Part shown: positions 28,911-36,282 of the stretch, piece after piece
Layout of the letters: each line of letters opens with the position of its first letter
Position numbering within the stretch: the stretch's first letter is position 1
Origin: an uncultured Sulfuritalea sp.
Lineage (GTDB): Bacteria > Pseudomonadota > Gammaproteobacteria > Burkholderiales > Rhodocyclaceae
DNA length: 41,493 bases
Assembly: GCA_964397005.1 (NCBI GenBank)
Contig: CAYNGV010000001.1
Coordinates: 1 to 41,493 of the forward strand
Reading direction: 5' to 3'
Notes under the pieces: model-generated
The model's input: only the letters and a program-made list of their open reading frames with translations
What the model was told of the DNA's origin: nothing
Database searches by the model: none
Program-made: the position numbers and the translations under genes

Positions 28911-31684
28911 GCTTTCTCCACATCCACCGCCGACTCGAAGGCGATCATGTTGCCGTCCCAGTTGGGGTTGAAGCTCAGGTGCCCCCAGCCGTCGACCAGT
29001 TCCAGCGGCGAGATCAGCCCCGCCACGGCGTTGTTGAGACCGAGCTTGTTGCGGAACTGGTAGGGCTCCCAGGCATGGTCCATCACCACCGATCCCGGCG
29101 GCACGGCCGGCATCAGCTTGGCGCGGGCGAAGAATTCGCCGACGTCGTTGAATACCCGCATGGCATCGCCCTCGCCGATGCCCTTGTCCTGTGCCGTCTT
29201 CGGATTGAGCCAGACATGCGGCTCGCCGCGCTGCAGGCGCAGCAGGTAGGTGTTGGTGCGCCACTGCGAGTGGATGCCGTGGCGCGCGTGGGGCGTGTAG
29301 AAGGCGAAGGGAAAGGTGTTCGGCCGCATCGGCGGCAGGGCCGTCGGCGTCGGGCAGCCCATCTTCATGTAGACCGGGTGATCGACATAGAACTGCTGCC
29401 GGCCGGACAGCGTCGCGTAGGGCTGGCGCAGATAGACGTTGTTCTCGAAGGAATGGAAGGGCCGGTTGGCGTAGAGCGGCGAATTGAAACCGGCCTCGCG
29501 GTTGAGGACGACGAAGCCGCGCTGCATGGCATCCTCCGGCGTCCACGGCGCGATGGCCGGCACGTTCTGCATCAGCCAGCGCACGACATCCTCGTCGGTC
29601 TTCAGCTTGCCACCGTCGGTGAATTCGGCCGGCAGGTTCTTCAGCTCGCGCAGCACCGGACCGGCCATATTCCCATCCTTGCCCGACTGCACCAGAAAGT
29701 CCGGATCGGGGATGCTGTCGATGCCGCGCCGCTGCGCCTCGCGCGAGATGGCCTCGGCGAGCAACAGGCAGATTTCCCATTCCGATTTCGTTTCGCCGAT
29801 GGCCTTGAGTCCCTTCGGCGGCACGGTGATGTTGCAGAAGCGGTGGTAGCCGAGCTCGCCGCGCAGGTCCCAGGATTCATACTGGCTCTTCGCCGGCAGC
29901 ACGTAGTCGGACCACAGCGCCGTGGTGTCCATGCGGTGGTTGACGTTCACCAGCAGGTCGAGGCCTTCAATGAAAGCCTTGCGGTAGTGGGACTCCGACT
30001 TGTTCCGCTGCAAGAGGTTGTCGGCGAACAGCAGCACGACCCTGGGCTTGCCGAAGTAGGCGCTGCTGCTCTGGCGGAATTTATCGCCGAGTTCGGCCAG
30101 CCCGGCGTTGTCCATCCCCAGCGCGGCCTTGAGATGGGCGTCGGGATAGTGCTGGCGCATGGTCGTCGCCATGCCGCCGTTTTCCCACTCCGAGAAGAAG
30201 CCCGAGGCGAAGCGCGCCGGCTTGGGACTGGACAGCGGCCCGATGCCGCCGAGCGACCAGTTGTTTTCGGTATCCAGCCCGCCGCGCTCGCCGGCGTGCG
30301 CGGTCAGCGCGCATGCCAGCGCCGCCGCCCAGCAGGTCATGGTGCCGGAGACATACTTGTGCAGCGAGAAGCCGATATTGATGATGGCCTTGTCGGCACG
30401 GGCGAGATCGCGCGCCATGCGCTCGACCAGTTCGGGATGCACGCCGGTGGTCCCGCGCGTCTTTTCGGGCGGAAACTTCATCGCCTCGGCCCGCGCGCGC
30501 TCGAAGACCGTGGTGACCGCTATCTCCTTGCCCTCGCGGCCCTTGACTTTCCAGGTGCCGGAAAGGACGGGTTTCAGCTTGCCCAGGCGCAGGCTCTTGG
30601 TGAAATGGCCCCTGGTGCCGGGCATGGGCTGCGCGGCTTTCGAGACCTCGTCCCAGCAGTAGAAGACGTCGTCCTTGCCCTTGTCTCGCAGATCGCGGTG
30701 GCGCAGCAGTTCGCCGTTGTCAAGGCGCACCAGGAAGGGCAGGTCGGTCTGCTCGCGCACGAAGGTCTCGTCGATGAGATTGTCGCGGAACAGCACATGC
30801 AGCAGCGACATCGCCAGGGAGCTGTCGGTGCCCGGCTTCACCGGTACCCAGTCGGTGGATTGCTTCGCCGTGGCGTTGTATTCGGGCGTGATGCACCAGA
30901 TGCGCGCGCCGTTGTAGCGCGCCTCGTTGAGATAGTGGGCATCGGGGATGCGCGTCACCGCCGCGTTGATGCCCCAGAGGATGACGGTCTTCGCCTCGAA
31001 CCAGGCATCGAGCGAATGGCCGATGGTGGCGATGCCGTAGGCCAGCGACGCGCCGGTGAACATGTCGCCCACGGCGCTGGCCGGATAGAGCCGCTGCGCG
31101 CCGAGCAGCGAACCGAGGCGCAGCGGTCCGGCGCGCCGGCCCTGCGAGAGGATGCCGGTGCCGCAATGAAGCATCAGCGAACCGAGGCCGTTCTTTTGCA
31201 GGGTGTCGACGACGCGCGCGGCGATGTCGTCCATCGCCTCCTGCCACGTTACGCGCCGCCACGTGCCGGCGCCGCGCTTGCCCATGCGCTTCAGGGGATG
31301 CAGCAGGCGGTCGGCCTGGTACATCTGCTTGGAATGGACGATGCCCTTGTTGCAGCCGCGCGGATTGGCGTCGGGAATCTTCGGGTTGATCTGCGGATAG
31401 GCGGCGACCTGTTCCTCGCGGGTGACCTTGCCGTCCTTGGCGAACACGCGCCAGGCGCAGTTGCCCTGGCAGTTGGAACAGTGGAAGGCGAAACCCTGCG
31501 CATCGCCGCGCGTGCCGAGGAATTCCCTGCGATAGAAGTCTTCCCAGGCGCGATTGGCGCCAGTCGTCGCCGTCCCGCCAGCGCCGATTTTTTGCGCGAA
31601 GGCCGGCAAGGGCGCCAGCGGCCCGCCGAAGGCCAGCGCCAGTCCGCAGTAGGCCGTGCCCTTGAGGAAATCGCGGCGTTCCAT
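28907..31684 (-). CDS. Tat-exported Mo-bisPGD oxidoreductase alpha subunit, type II DMSO reductase family (925 aa), substrate unknown
   Basis: Tat MERRDFLK; FS0 motif HCSNCQGNC..PRGCNKG; putative Asp ligand AVGDMFTG; TRIPDAHY; TPHARHGIHSQW; HAWEPYQF. Confidence 0.93.
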   Translation of the reverse strand: MERRDFLKGTAYCGLALAFGGPLAPLPAFAQKIGAGGTATTGANRAWEDFYRREFLGTRGDAQGFAFHCSNCQGNCAWRVFAKDGKVTREEQVAAYPQINPKIPDANPRGCNKGIVHSKQMYQADRLLHPLKRMGKRGAGTWRRVTWQEAMDDIAARVVDTLQKNGLGSLMLHCGTGILSQGRRAGPLRLGSLLGAQRLYPASAVGDMFTGASLAYGIATIGHSLDAWFEAKTVILWGINAAVTRIPDAHYLNEARYNGARIWCITPEYNATAKQSTDWVPVKPGTDSSLAMSLLHVLFRDNLIDETFVREQTDLPFLVRLDNGELLRHRDLRDKGKDDVFYCWDEVSKAAQPMPGTRGHFTKSLRLGKLKPVLSGTWKVKGREGKEIAVTTVFERARAEAMKFPPEKTRGTTGVHPELVERMARDLARADKAIINIGFSLHKYVSGTMTCWAAALACALTAHAGERGGLDTENNWSLGGIGPLSSPKPARFASGFFSEWENGGMATTMRQHYPDAHLKAALGMDNAGLAELGDKFRQSSSAYFGKPRVVLLFADNLLQRNKSESHYRKAFIEGLDLLVNVNHRMDTTALWSDYVLPAKSQYESWDLRGELGYHRFCNITVPPKGLKAIGETKSEWEICLLLAEAISREAQRRGIDSIPDPDFLVQSGKDGNMAGPVLRELKNLPAEFTDGGKLKTDEDVVRWLMQNVPAIAPWTPEDAMQRGFVVLNREAGFNSPLYANRPFHSFENNVYLRQPYATLSGRQQFYVDHPVYMKMGCPTPTALPPMRPNTFPFAFYTPHARHGIHSQWRTNTYLLRLQRGEPHVWLNPKTAQDKGIGEGDAMRVFNDVGEFFARAKLMPAVPPGSVVMDHAWEPYQFRNKLGLNNAVAGLISPLELVDGWGHLSFNPNWDGNMIAFESAVDVEKA

Positions 31685-31686
31685 GC

Positions 31687-32538
31687 TTACCTTTCAATCG
31701 GACGGGCAGGATCGGCGGCCCACTCGACCCACGAGCCGGGATAGACCTTGACCTTCTCGTAGCCCAGCAGGGTCAGCGCGGCCAGCAGATACGTCGAGCG
31801 GCCGAGCCCGCCGTTGCAATAGGTGACGATCTCCCTGTCGGGCGTGATGCCCGCCGCGGCGAGGCTTTTCTTCATCGCCTCGGGCGACTTGAAGGTACTG
31901 ATCTCGCCGGCCAGTTGCGACCAGGGAAAACTCTTCGCGCCGGGAATGTGCCCGCTCTGGCGCGCGCCGCCGGATTCCTTGCCGGTGTATTCGGCCAGCG
32001 AGCGCACATCGACCAGCACGGCCGGGGCACCCGCCAGCGCGGCGCTTTTCACCGCCCAGTCGCTGCGCGCCTTCGGCACGTAGGTAGCCTTGGTCAGCTT
32101 GGGCGTCTCCTGCGTCAGGCTGCGCCCCTCCTTCAACCACTTGCGGAAGCCGCCGTCGAGCATGCGCACCTTGTCGTGGCCGAGGTAGCGCAGCATGTAC
32201 CAGATAGCGGATGCCGCGCGGCCGTCGCCGCTGTCATAGACCACCACGTCCGATGCTCGCGTCAGCCCCAGCGCGGCAAATTTCGATGCCGCCAGTTGCG
32301 GGAAGGCGGGCTGGCCGCTCTTGAGGTTTTCCTCGTAATCCTCGAGGTCGAGGTAGTGCAGATGCGCCGCGCCGGGCAGGTGGGCGCGCTGGTAGCTCTC
32401 GGCATTCTCGGCGTCGATCAGCCGCAGCTTGCCCTGCTTCAGTTCGTCGGCGAGCCGTGCCGTGTCGATCAGAAATCCGGCGTCGGCGGCTGCCGATACC
32501 GACCAGAGGATAACAACCACGGTGAGCAGTGCGCGCAT
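31687..32538 (-). CDS. Exported tandem-domain rhodanese / sulfurtransferase (283 aa)
   Basis: Signal peptide MRALLTVVVILWSVSAAADA; HLPGA, LDGG, GHIPGA, active loop YCNGGLGRS, YPGSWVEW; AGGAG SD. Confidence 0.9.
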   Translation of the reverse strand: MRALLTVVVILWSVSAAADAGFLIDTARLADELKQGKLRLIDAENAESYQRAHLPGAAHLHYLDLEDYEENLKSGQPAFPQLAASKFAALGLTRASDVVVYDSGDGRAASAIWYMLRYLGHDKVRMLDGGFRKWLKEGRSLTQETPKLTKATYVPKARSDWAVKSAALAGAPAVLVDVRSLAEYTGKESGGARQSGHIPGAKSFPWSQLAGEISTFKSPEAMKKSLAAAGITPDREIVTYCNGGLGRSTYLLAALTLLGYEKVKVYPGSWVEWAADPARPIER

Positions 32539-32539
32539 C

Positions 32540-33085
32540 TTATTTCTCCTGGGGTGCAATCGTCTTCCGGATCAGTTCTTCCATCGCCGGGCTGTCCCAG
32601 AGCTGCGGCCCGGTCTTGCCGGCGAGCAGTCGCCCCTGGCGGTCGAGCAGGTAGGTCACCGGTACGCCCCGGGCGCGAAAGGCGGTGGACACCTTGCCGT
32701 CGTCGTCCATCAGGATGTCGAAGACCGGCTTCCTGCCGGCGAGAAAGCGGCCGATGCCCTGTTCCGAATCGGCCACGCTCACCGCCAGCACCGTGAACTC
32801 CTTGCCGCCGAGTTTTTGCTGCAGGCGTTCGAGCGAAGGAAATTCATCGCGGCAGGGCGGGCACCAGCTGGCCCAGAAGTTCAGCAGCACCACGCGGCCC
32901 CGGTAGTGCTCGGCGCCGCGCTCTTCACCGGAGAGACTGGGAAGGCGAAGCGGCGGCGCCTTGAGCGGCACCGGGTATGCCTCCATCCCCGCCTTGCGCG
33001 CAAGCTCGGCGCCCGGTAACTCGGCTGCCGCCACGGTGCTCATGACCAACGCCGCCAGCGCAAGAATCGCGAGCGTGCGTCTCAC
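32540..33085 (-). CDS. TlpA/ResA-family thiol-disulfide oxidoreductase, exported (181 aa)
   Basis: GTG overlaps the upstream stop; signal peptide; LNFWASWCPPCRDEFP, GVPVTY. Confidence 0.9.
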   Translation of the reverse strand: MRRTLAILALAALVMSTVAAAELPGAELARKAGMEAYPVPLKAPPLRLPSLSGEERGAEHYRGRVVLLNFWASWCPPCRDEFPSLERLQQKLGGKEFTVLAVSVADSEQGIGRFLAGRKPVFDILMDDDGKVSTAFRARGVPVTYLLDRQGRLLAGKTGPQLWDSPAMEELIRKTIAPQEK

Positions 33086-33423
33086 AGGCAACCCTTGAAG
33101 AATTTCTTCTCTCCGCTGGTTTCCAGCAGATCGAGTTTGACCGGGGCGAGCACGCCCGCCTTGATCTCGCCGCTCAGGCGCACCTTCTTCGCATACGACT
33201 TGTCGACCTCGGCGACGCCGATCGCCTTGCCCTCGCCCCACTGGAAGGCCAGCTTCTCGCCGTTCTCCAGCAGCAGCACGGTCTGGTCGACATGACGCAG
33301 CGGGCAGTCGGCCACCTGCAGGTTCGCCGCGCAGGGTTCGCCCACCAGCCAGCCGACCCACTCGCCGGCCGTGGCCGGCGTTGCCAGGAGGAGGCCGATC
33401 CAGAATATCCAACCACGCCTCAT
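33082..33423 (-). CDS. Exported hypothetical protein with three Cys (113 aa)
   Basis: Signal peptide ..ATPATA; EPCAANLQVADCPLRH; C-terminal KGCL; coupled to both neighbours. Confidence 0.75.
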   Translation of the reverse strand: MRRGWIFWIGLLLATPATAGEWVGWLVGEPCAANLQVADCPLRHVDQTVLLLENGEKLAFQWGEGKAIGVAEVDKSYAKKVRLSGEIKAGVLAPVKLDLLETSGEKKFFKGCL

Positions 33424-33424
33424 G

Positions 33425-33865
33425 TCAGTTTGCCGCCTTGATCGACGACTTCAGCGCCTCGAAATCCTTTTTGACTTCCATGAGGCGCCCCTGCTGGTCC
33501 TGCTTCGGCGCGCCCTCGATCTCCATGACATCGGACATGGATGTGTAGTTCAGCATCCCGTTCTGATCGCCGCCATCCACCGCCAGCAGCTGTCCACCGT
33601 AGTAGACGGCGGGAGCCTTGGCGCCGGGGCCGGCGAAGGTCACCGGAACCACGACGACAGGAATCTTGTAGATGTTGGAAAGCTCGGCGGCGATCTGGAT
33701 GTTGTTGTTGCAGCGGACGCCGGGCGGGTCGCGCGAGACCAGGGTCAGTACCTTCTGGCCGTTGAGGGTGGTCGGGCCAGGCGTCTGAGCCAGCGCTGCG
33801 CTCGATGCCACGCTCAGGCTTGCCAGCGCCAGGATGGAGAGAAATATTCTGTTTGTCATGCTCAT
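33425..33865 (-). CDS. Exported hypothetical protein, possible single-Cys thioredoxin-like fold (146 aa)
   Basis: AGGAG SD, signal peptide ..SAALA; PPGVRC followed by a helix, then APAVYY. Confidence 0.78.
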   Translation of the reverse strand: MSMTNRIFLSILALASLSVASSAALAQTPGPTTLNGQKVLTLVSRDPPGVRCNNNIQIAAELSNIYKIPVVVVPVTFAGPGAKAPAVYYGGQLLAVDGGDQNGMLNYTSMSDVMEIEGAPKQDQQGRLMEVKKDFEALKSSIKAAN

Positions 33866-33876
33866 CGTGTTCTCCT

Positions 33877-34392
33877 TTACTTGAGTAAGCTCTTAAGCTG
33901 GGCGACGATCGCCGGATTGTCAAATTCCCGGCCACCGACGGCGCGCAGCGCCAGGCGGCCCTGACGATCGACCACCAAAGTGGTGGGCAGTCCCTTTACC
34001 TGCCAGTGCTCCATCGCCTGCGAATTACGGTCGAACAGCACCGGAAAATCCGGCGAGCCGGCAAAGGAAAACGCGGTTTCCGGGTCTTCGCCGACATTGA
34101 CCGCCATTACCTCGAAATCAGCGGGCCGAAAGAGTTTGCGCACCCGACCGAGCGAGGGGAATTCCTTGCGGCAGGGCGGGCACCAGGTGGCCCAGAAGTT
34201 CACCAGCACCATCTTGCCGCGATAAGCGGCGAGGTCGACGGGTTTGCCGTCCATGTCCGGCAAACGCAAAGTCGGCGCTGGCGGTACGCCGGCCACCAAC
34301 GACATGCCCCTGTCCTGCGCCCTTGCTGCCGGTAGTGCGGCCAATAGTGCCAGTCCCGCCGTCGCCGCGAGGAAGCCGCGACGTTCAGTCAC
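33877..34392 (-). CDS. TlpA/ResA-family thiol-disulfide oxidoreductase with twin-arginine signal
   Basis: TERRGFLAA..AARA; VNFWATWCPPCRKEFP, GLPTT; start GTG 34392 (alternative ATG 34425). Confidence 0.9.
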   Translation of the reverse strand: MTERRGFLAATAGLALLAALPAARAQDRGMSLVAGVPPAPTLRLPDMDGKPVDLAAYRGKMVLVNFWATWCPPCRKEFPSLGRVRKLFRPADFEVMAVNVGEDPETAFSFAGSPDFPVLFDRNSQAMEHWQVKGLPTTLVVDRQGRLALRAVGGREFDNPAIVAQLKSLLK

Positions 34393-34936
34393 GACCGCAG
34401 GCCAGGTTGTCGAGCACGATTTCATGGGTTCCCTTTTCGTCATGGTAGCGGGCAATGAGACGAAAGCTGCCGGACAACTGCGTATCCAGCGTCGCCATGC
34501 CCATGATCCAGTCGCCCGCTTCGAAGGTGTTTTCCGCCTGGAATTGCGCCCAGCGGAAGGCGACACGCGCCGGCTCCGTCACGTTTGCCCGTACCCACTC
34601 CGCATCCCATGCGGCAGGCGGACGCAGACCTGCGCGCCGGCCGTCGGCACCTACCGCCTGCCAGTCCGCGAGCGCCGTGCGTACCGGGCCGGCACCCGAG
34701 TTGCGCATGGCGAAGGAAAAGCCGCAGGCTTGCGCATAGGGCCGGATTGCCGGCTCGGCAAAACCGCGTGCGAGATAGAAGGCGGTGCGCTGTGCCGCAG
34801 TCAGTGGATTGGCGGTCAGAGTCACGCCGCCCCGCGCGGCGCGGTGAAGCCATTCGATCTCGTCGGCGGCAAGGCATGCGCCGGCCCGCATGACAAAGAC
34901 AGCGAAGACCAGAGACAGCCTGAGCGACATCAGCAC
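34385..34936 (-). CDS. Exported hypothetical protein (about 180 aa)
   Basis: Signal peptide ..GACLA; AFYLARGF, QACGF, RVAFRWAQF, GDWIMGM, terminal C; stop overlaps the tlpA start. Confidence 0.72.
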   Translation of the reverse strand: MLMSLRLSLVFAVFVMRAGACLAADEIEWLHRAARGGVTLTANPLTAAQRTAFYLARGFAEPAIRPYAQACGFSFAMRNSGAGPVRTALADWQAVGADGRRAGLRPPAAWDAEWVRANVTEPARVAFRWAQFQAENTFEAGDWIMGMATLDTQLSGSFRLIARYHDEKGTHEIVLDNLACGRD

Positions 34937-34999
34937 AGAATCTTTCGGGATGGGTGGTGGTGGGTAGTCTGGCAGCGCTCACGCGGAGGTCGATTCAAC

Positions 35000-35074
35000 T
35001 CAAAACTCGTCGGACGCGAGTTGCCCGAACTGGCCGCCGATGCCGGCACCGAGGATCAGCGCGGTCCTGGGCAT
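35000..35074 (-). pseudogene. N-terminal remnant of an FAD-dependent oxidoreductase, SQR/FCSD-like (MPRTALILGAGIGGQFGQLASDEF*)
   Basis: ATG overlaps the dsrE stop (TGATG); Rossmann LILGAGIGG motif, then loss of homology and a stop at codon 25. Confidence 0.65.
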
Positions 35075-35424
35075 CAGAACACCAGCACCTTGTCGGCCCA
35101 CTCGGTCCATTCGGTCAGAATGTCCATGGTGCCGCGCGTCGCGCCTTCGATCAGGCGCTCGTCAGCCATGCCGCGCGCATCCATGCAGGTGCCGCACACG
35201 GAAATCTCGCCCTTGCGGCGAACCACCGCGCCGAGCATGTCGGCAAGGTTGTAATAGCCCTGCGGCACCTTCTGCCCCGCGGCAGCGCAAGCGGCGGCGT
35301 CGCCCATCAGGAACACGCGCACTTCTTCCTGTGCGTTCAGCAGCGAACGCGCGAGCCGCACCGCGTTGTAGCTACGCTCGGTGCCATAGGGCGGATCGTT
35401 GAGAATAAACAGATGCTTTGCCAT
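35074..35424 (-). CDS. DsrE/DsrF-like (YchN-type) sulfur relay family protein
   Basis: LNDPPYGTERSYNAVRLA, VFLMGDA, VCGTCMDARG, ADKVLVF; GGAGG SD. Confidence 0.92.
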   Translation of the reverse strand: MAKHLFILNDPPYGTERSYNAVRLARSLLNAQEEVRVFLMGDAAACAAAGQKVPQGYYNLADMLGAVVRRKGEISVCGTCMDARGMADERLIEGATRGTMDILTEWTEWADKVLVF

Positions 35425-35465
35425 TTCATTTGCCTCCGGTCTTGATGGTGAATGCGGAACAACAA

Positions 35466-35481
35466 TCTAACAGTCGTTAGA
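35466..35481. promoter_or_regulatory. Palindromic operator TCTAAC-AGTC-GTTAGA, candidate ArsR-rhodanese binding site
   Basis: Perfect 6-4-6 inverted repeat lying over the predicted +1 of the dsrE operon promoter. Confidence 0.65.
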
Positions 35482-35483
35482 CT

Positions 35484-35513
35484 AATCTAGTCCGGCCATG
35501 CAGTCGTTGTCAA
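35484..35513 (-). promoter_or_regulatory. Sigma70 promoter of the dsrE-molybdoenzyme operon: TTGACA-N18-TAGATT
   Basis: Plus-strand TGTCAA at 35508-35513 and AATCTA at 35484-35489. Confidence 0.7.
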
Positions 35514-35530
35514 GAGATCAGACAAAATAA

Positions 35531-35559
35531 TTGACAGATGATCGCGCAAACATTAGATT
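35531..35559 (+). promoter_or_regulatory. Sigma70 promoter of the regulator gene: TTGACA-N17-TAGATT, probably leaderless
   Basis: TTGACA 35531-35536, TAGATT 35554-35559, ATG at 35566 with no SD. Confidence 0.75.
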
Positions 35560-35565
35560 GAACTT

Positions 35566-36219
35566 ATGAACGACTCACGACGCATCAAGGATCTGCTCTA
35601 CGAACAGGTCGCCCGCATCGGCAAGGCGGCATCCAGCCCGAAGCGGCTGGAATTGATCGAGTTGCTGTGCCAGGGCGAGAAGACCGTGGATATGCTGGCG
35701 CGCGAAGCCGCCATCAGCATGAAGCTCGCCAGCGCGCATCTGCGCGAGCTGCGCGCCGCGCGCCTGGTCGAAACCGAGAAGCAGGGCAAGCATGTGATCT
35801 ACCGGATCGCCAACCGCGAGGTGGCGGATTTCTGGGTGACGATCCGCTCGCTCGCCGAGGATCGTCTGGTCGAGTTGCGCATGGTCATCGAGCAGATGGT
35901 CAGCCACCCGAAGGAACTCGCGCCGCAGGATCGCGACAGCCTGGTCAAGATGGCGCGCAAGGGCGACGTGGTGGTGCTCGACGTGAGGCCCTCGGACGAG
36001 TTTCTTGCCGCCCATCTGCCTTTTGCCCGCTCGATTCCGCTCGACGAACTGAAACAGCGACTTTCCGAACTGCCGAAAGGCAAGACGGTCGTCGCCTATT
36101 GTCGCGGGCCTTACTGCCTGATGGCGCTGGACGCGGTGGAATTGCTGCGCAAGAAGGGCTACGACGCGCTTCGACTACCGGAAGGCGTGGCGGAGTGGGG
36201 CATGGCGCCGATACGCTAA
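35566..36219 (+). CDS. ArsR/SmtB-family regulator fused to a C-terminal rhodanese domain
   Basis: KAASSPKRLELIELLCQG..SAHLRELR HTH; LDVRP..HLPFARSIP..AYCRGPYC..PEGVAEW. Confidence 0.93.
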   Translation: MNDSRRIKDLLYEQVARIGKAASSPKRLELIELLCQGEKTVDMLAREAAISMKLASAHLRELRAARLVETEKQGKHVIYRIANREVADFWVTIRSLAEDRLVELRMVIEQMVSHPKELAPQDRDSLVKMARKGDVVVLDVRPSDEFLAAHLPFARSIPLDELKQRLSELPKGKTVVAYCRGPYCLMALDAVELLRKKGYDALRLPEGVAEWGMAPIR

Positions 36220-36282
36220 GGACTCGACGGTAGCGGCGCGCATCCGGTGATCCGCGCGATCAGCGATTCCCCTCAAGCGGCA

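Noticed and set aside
28907-31684. Naming the enzyme narG, serA, clrA, ddhA or ebdA
   Set aside because: Family is clear, but ligand-loop motifs and gene context do not match any one of them well enough.
33082-33090. Gly-Cys-Leu-TGA end as a possible Sec-containing redox tail
   Set aside because: The TGA overlaps the GTG start of tlpA (GTGA), which is ordinary translational coupling.
25277-36282. Sulfur/molybdoenzyme block as an integrative mobile island
   Set aside because: No integrase, transposase, tRNA or flanking direct repeats seen; only gene remnants and a GC shift suggest past rearrangement.
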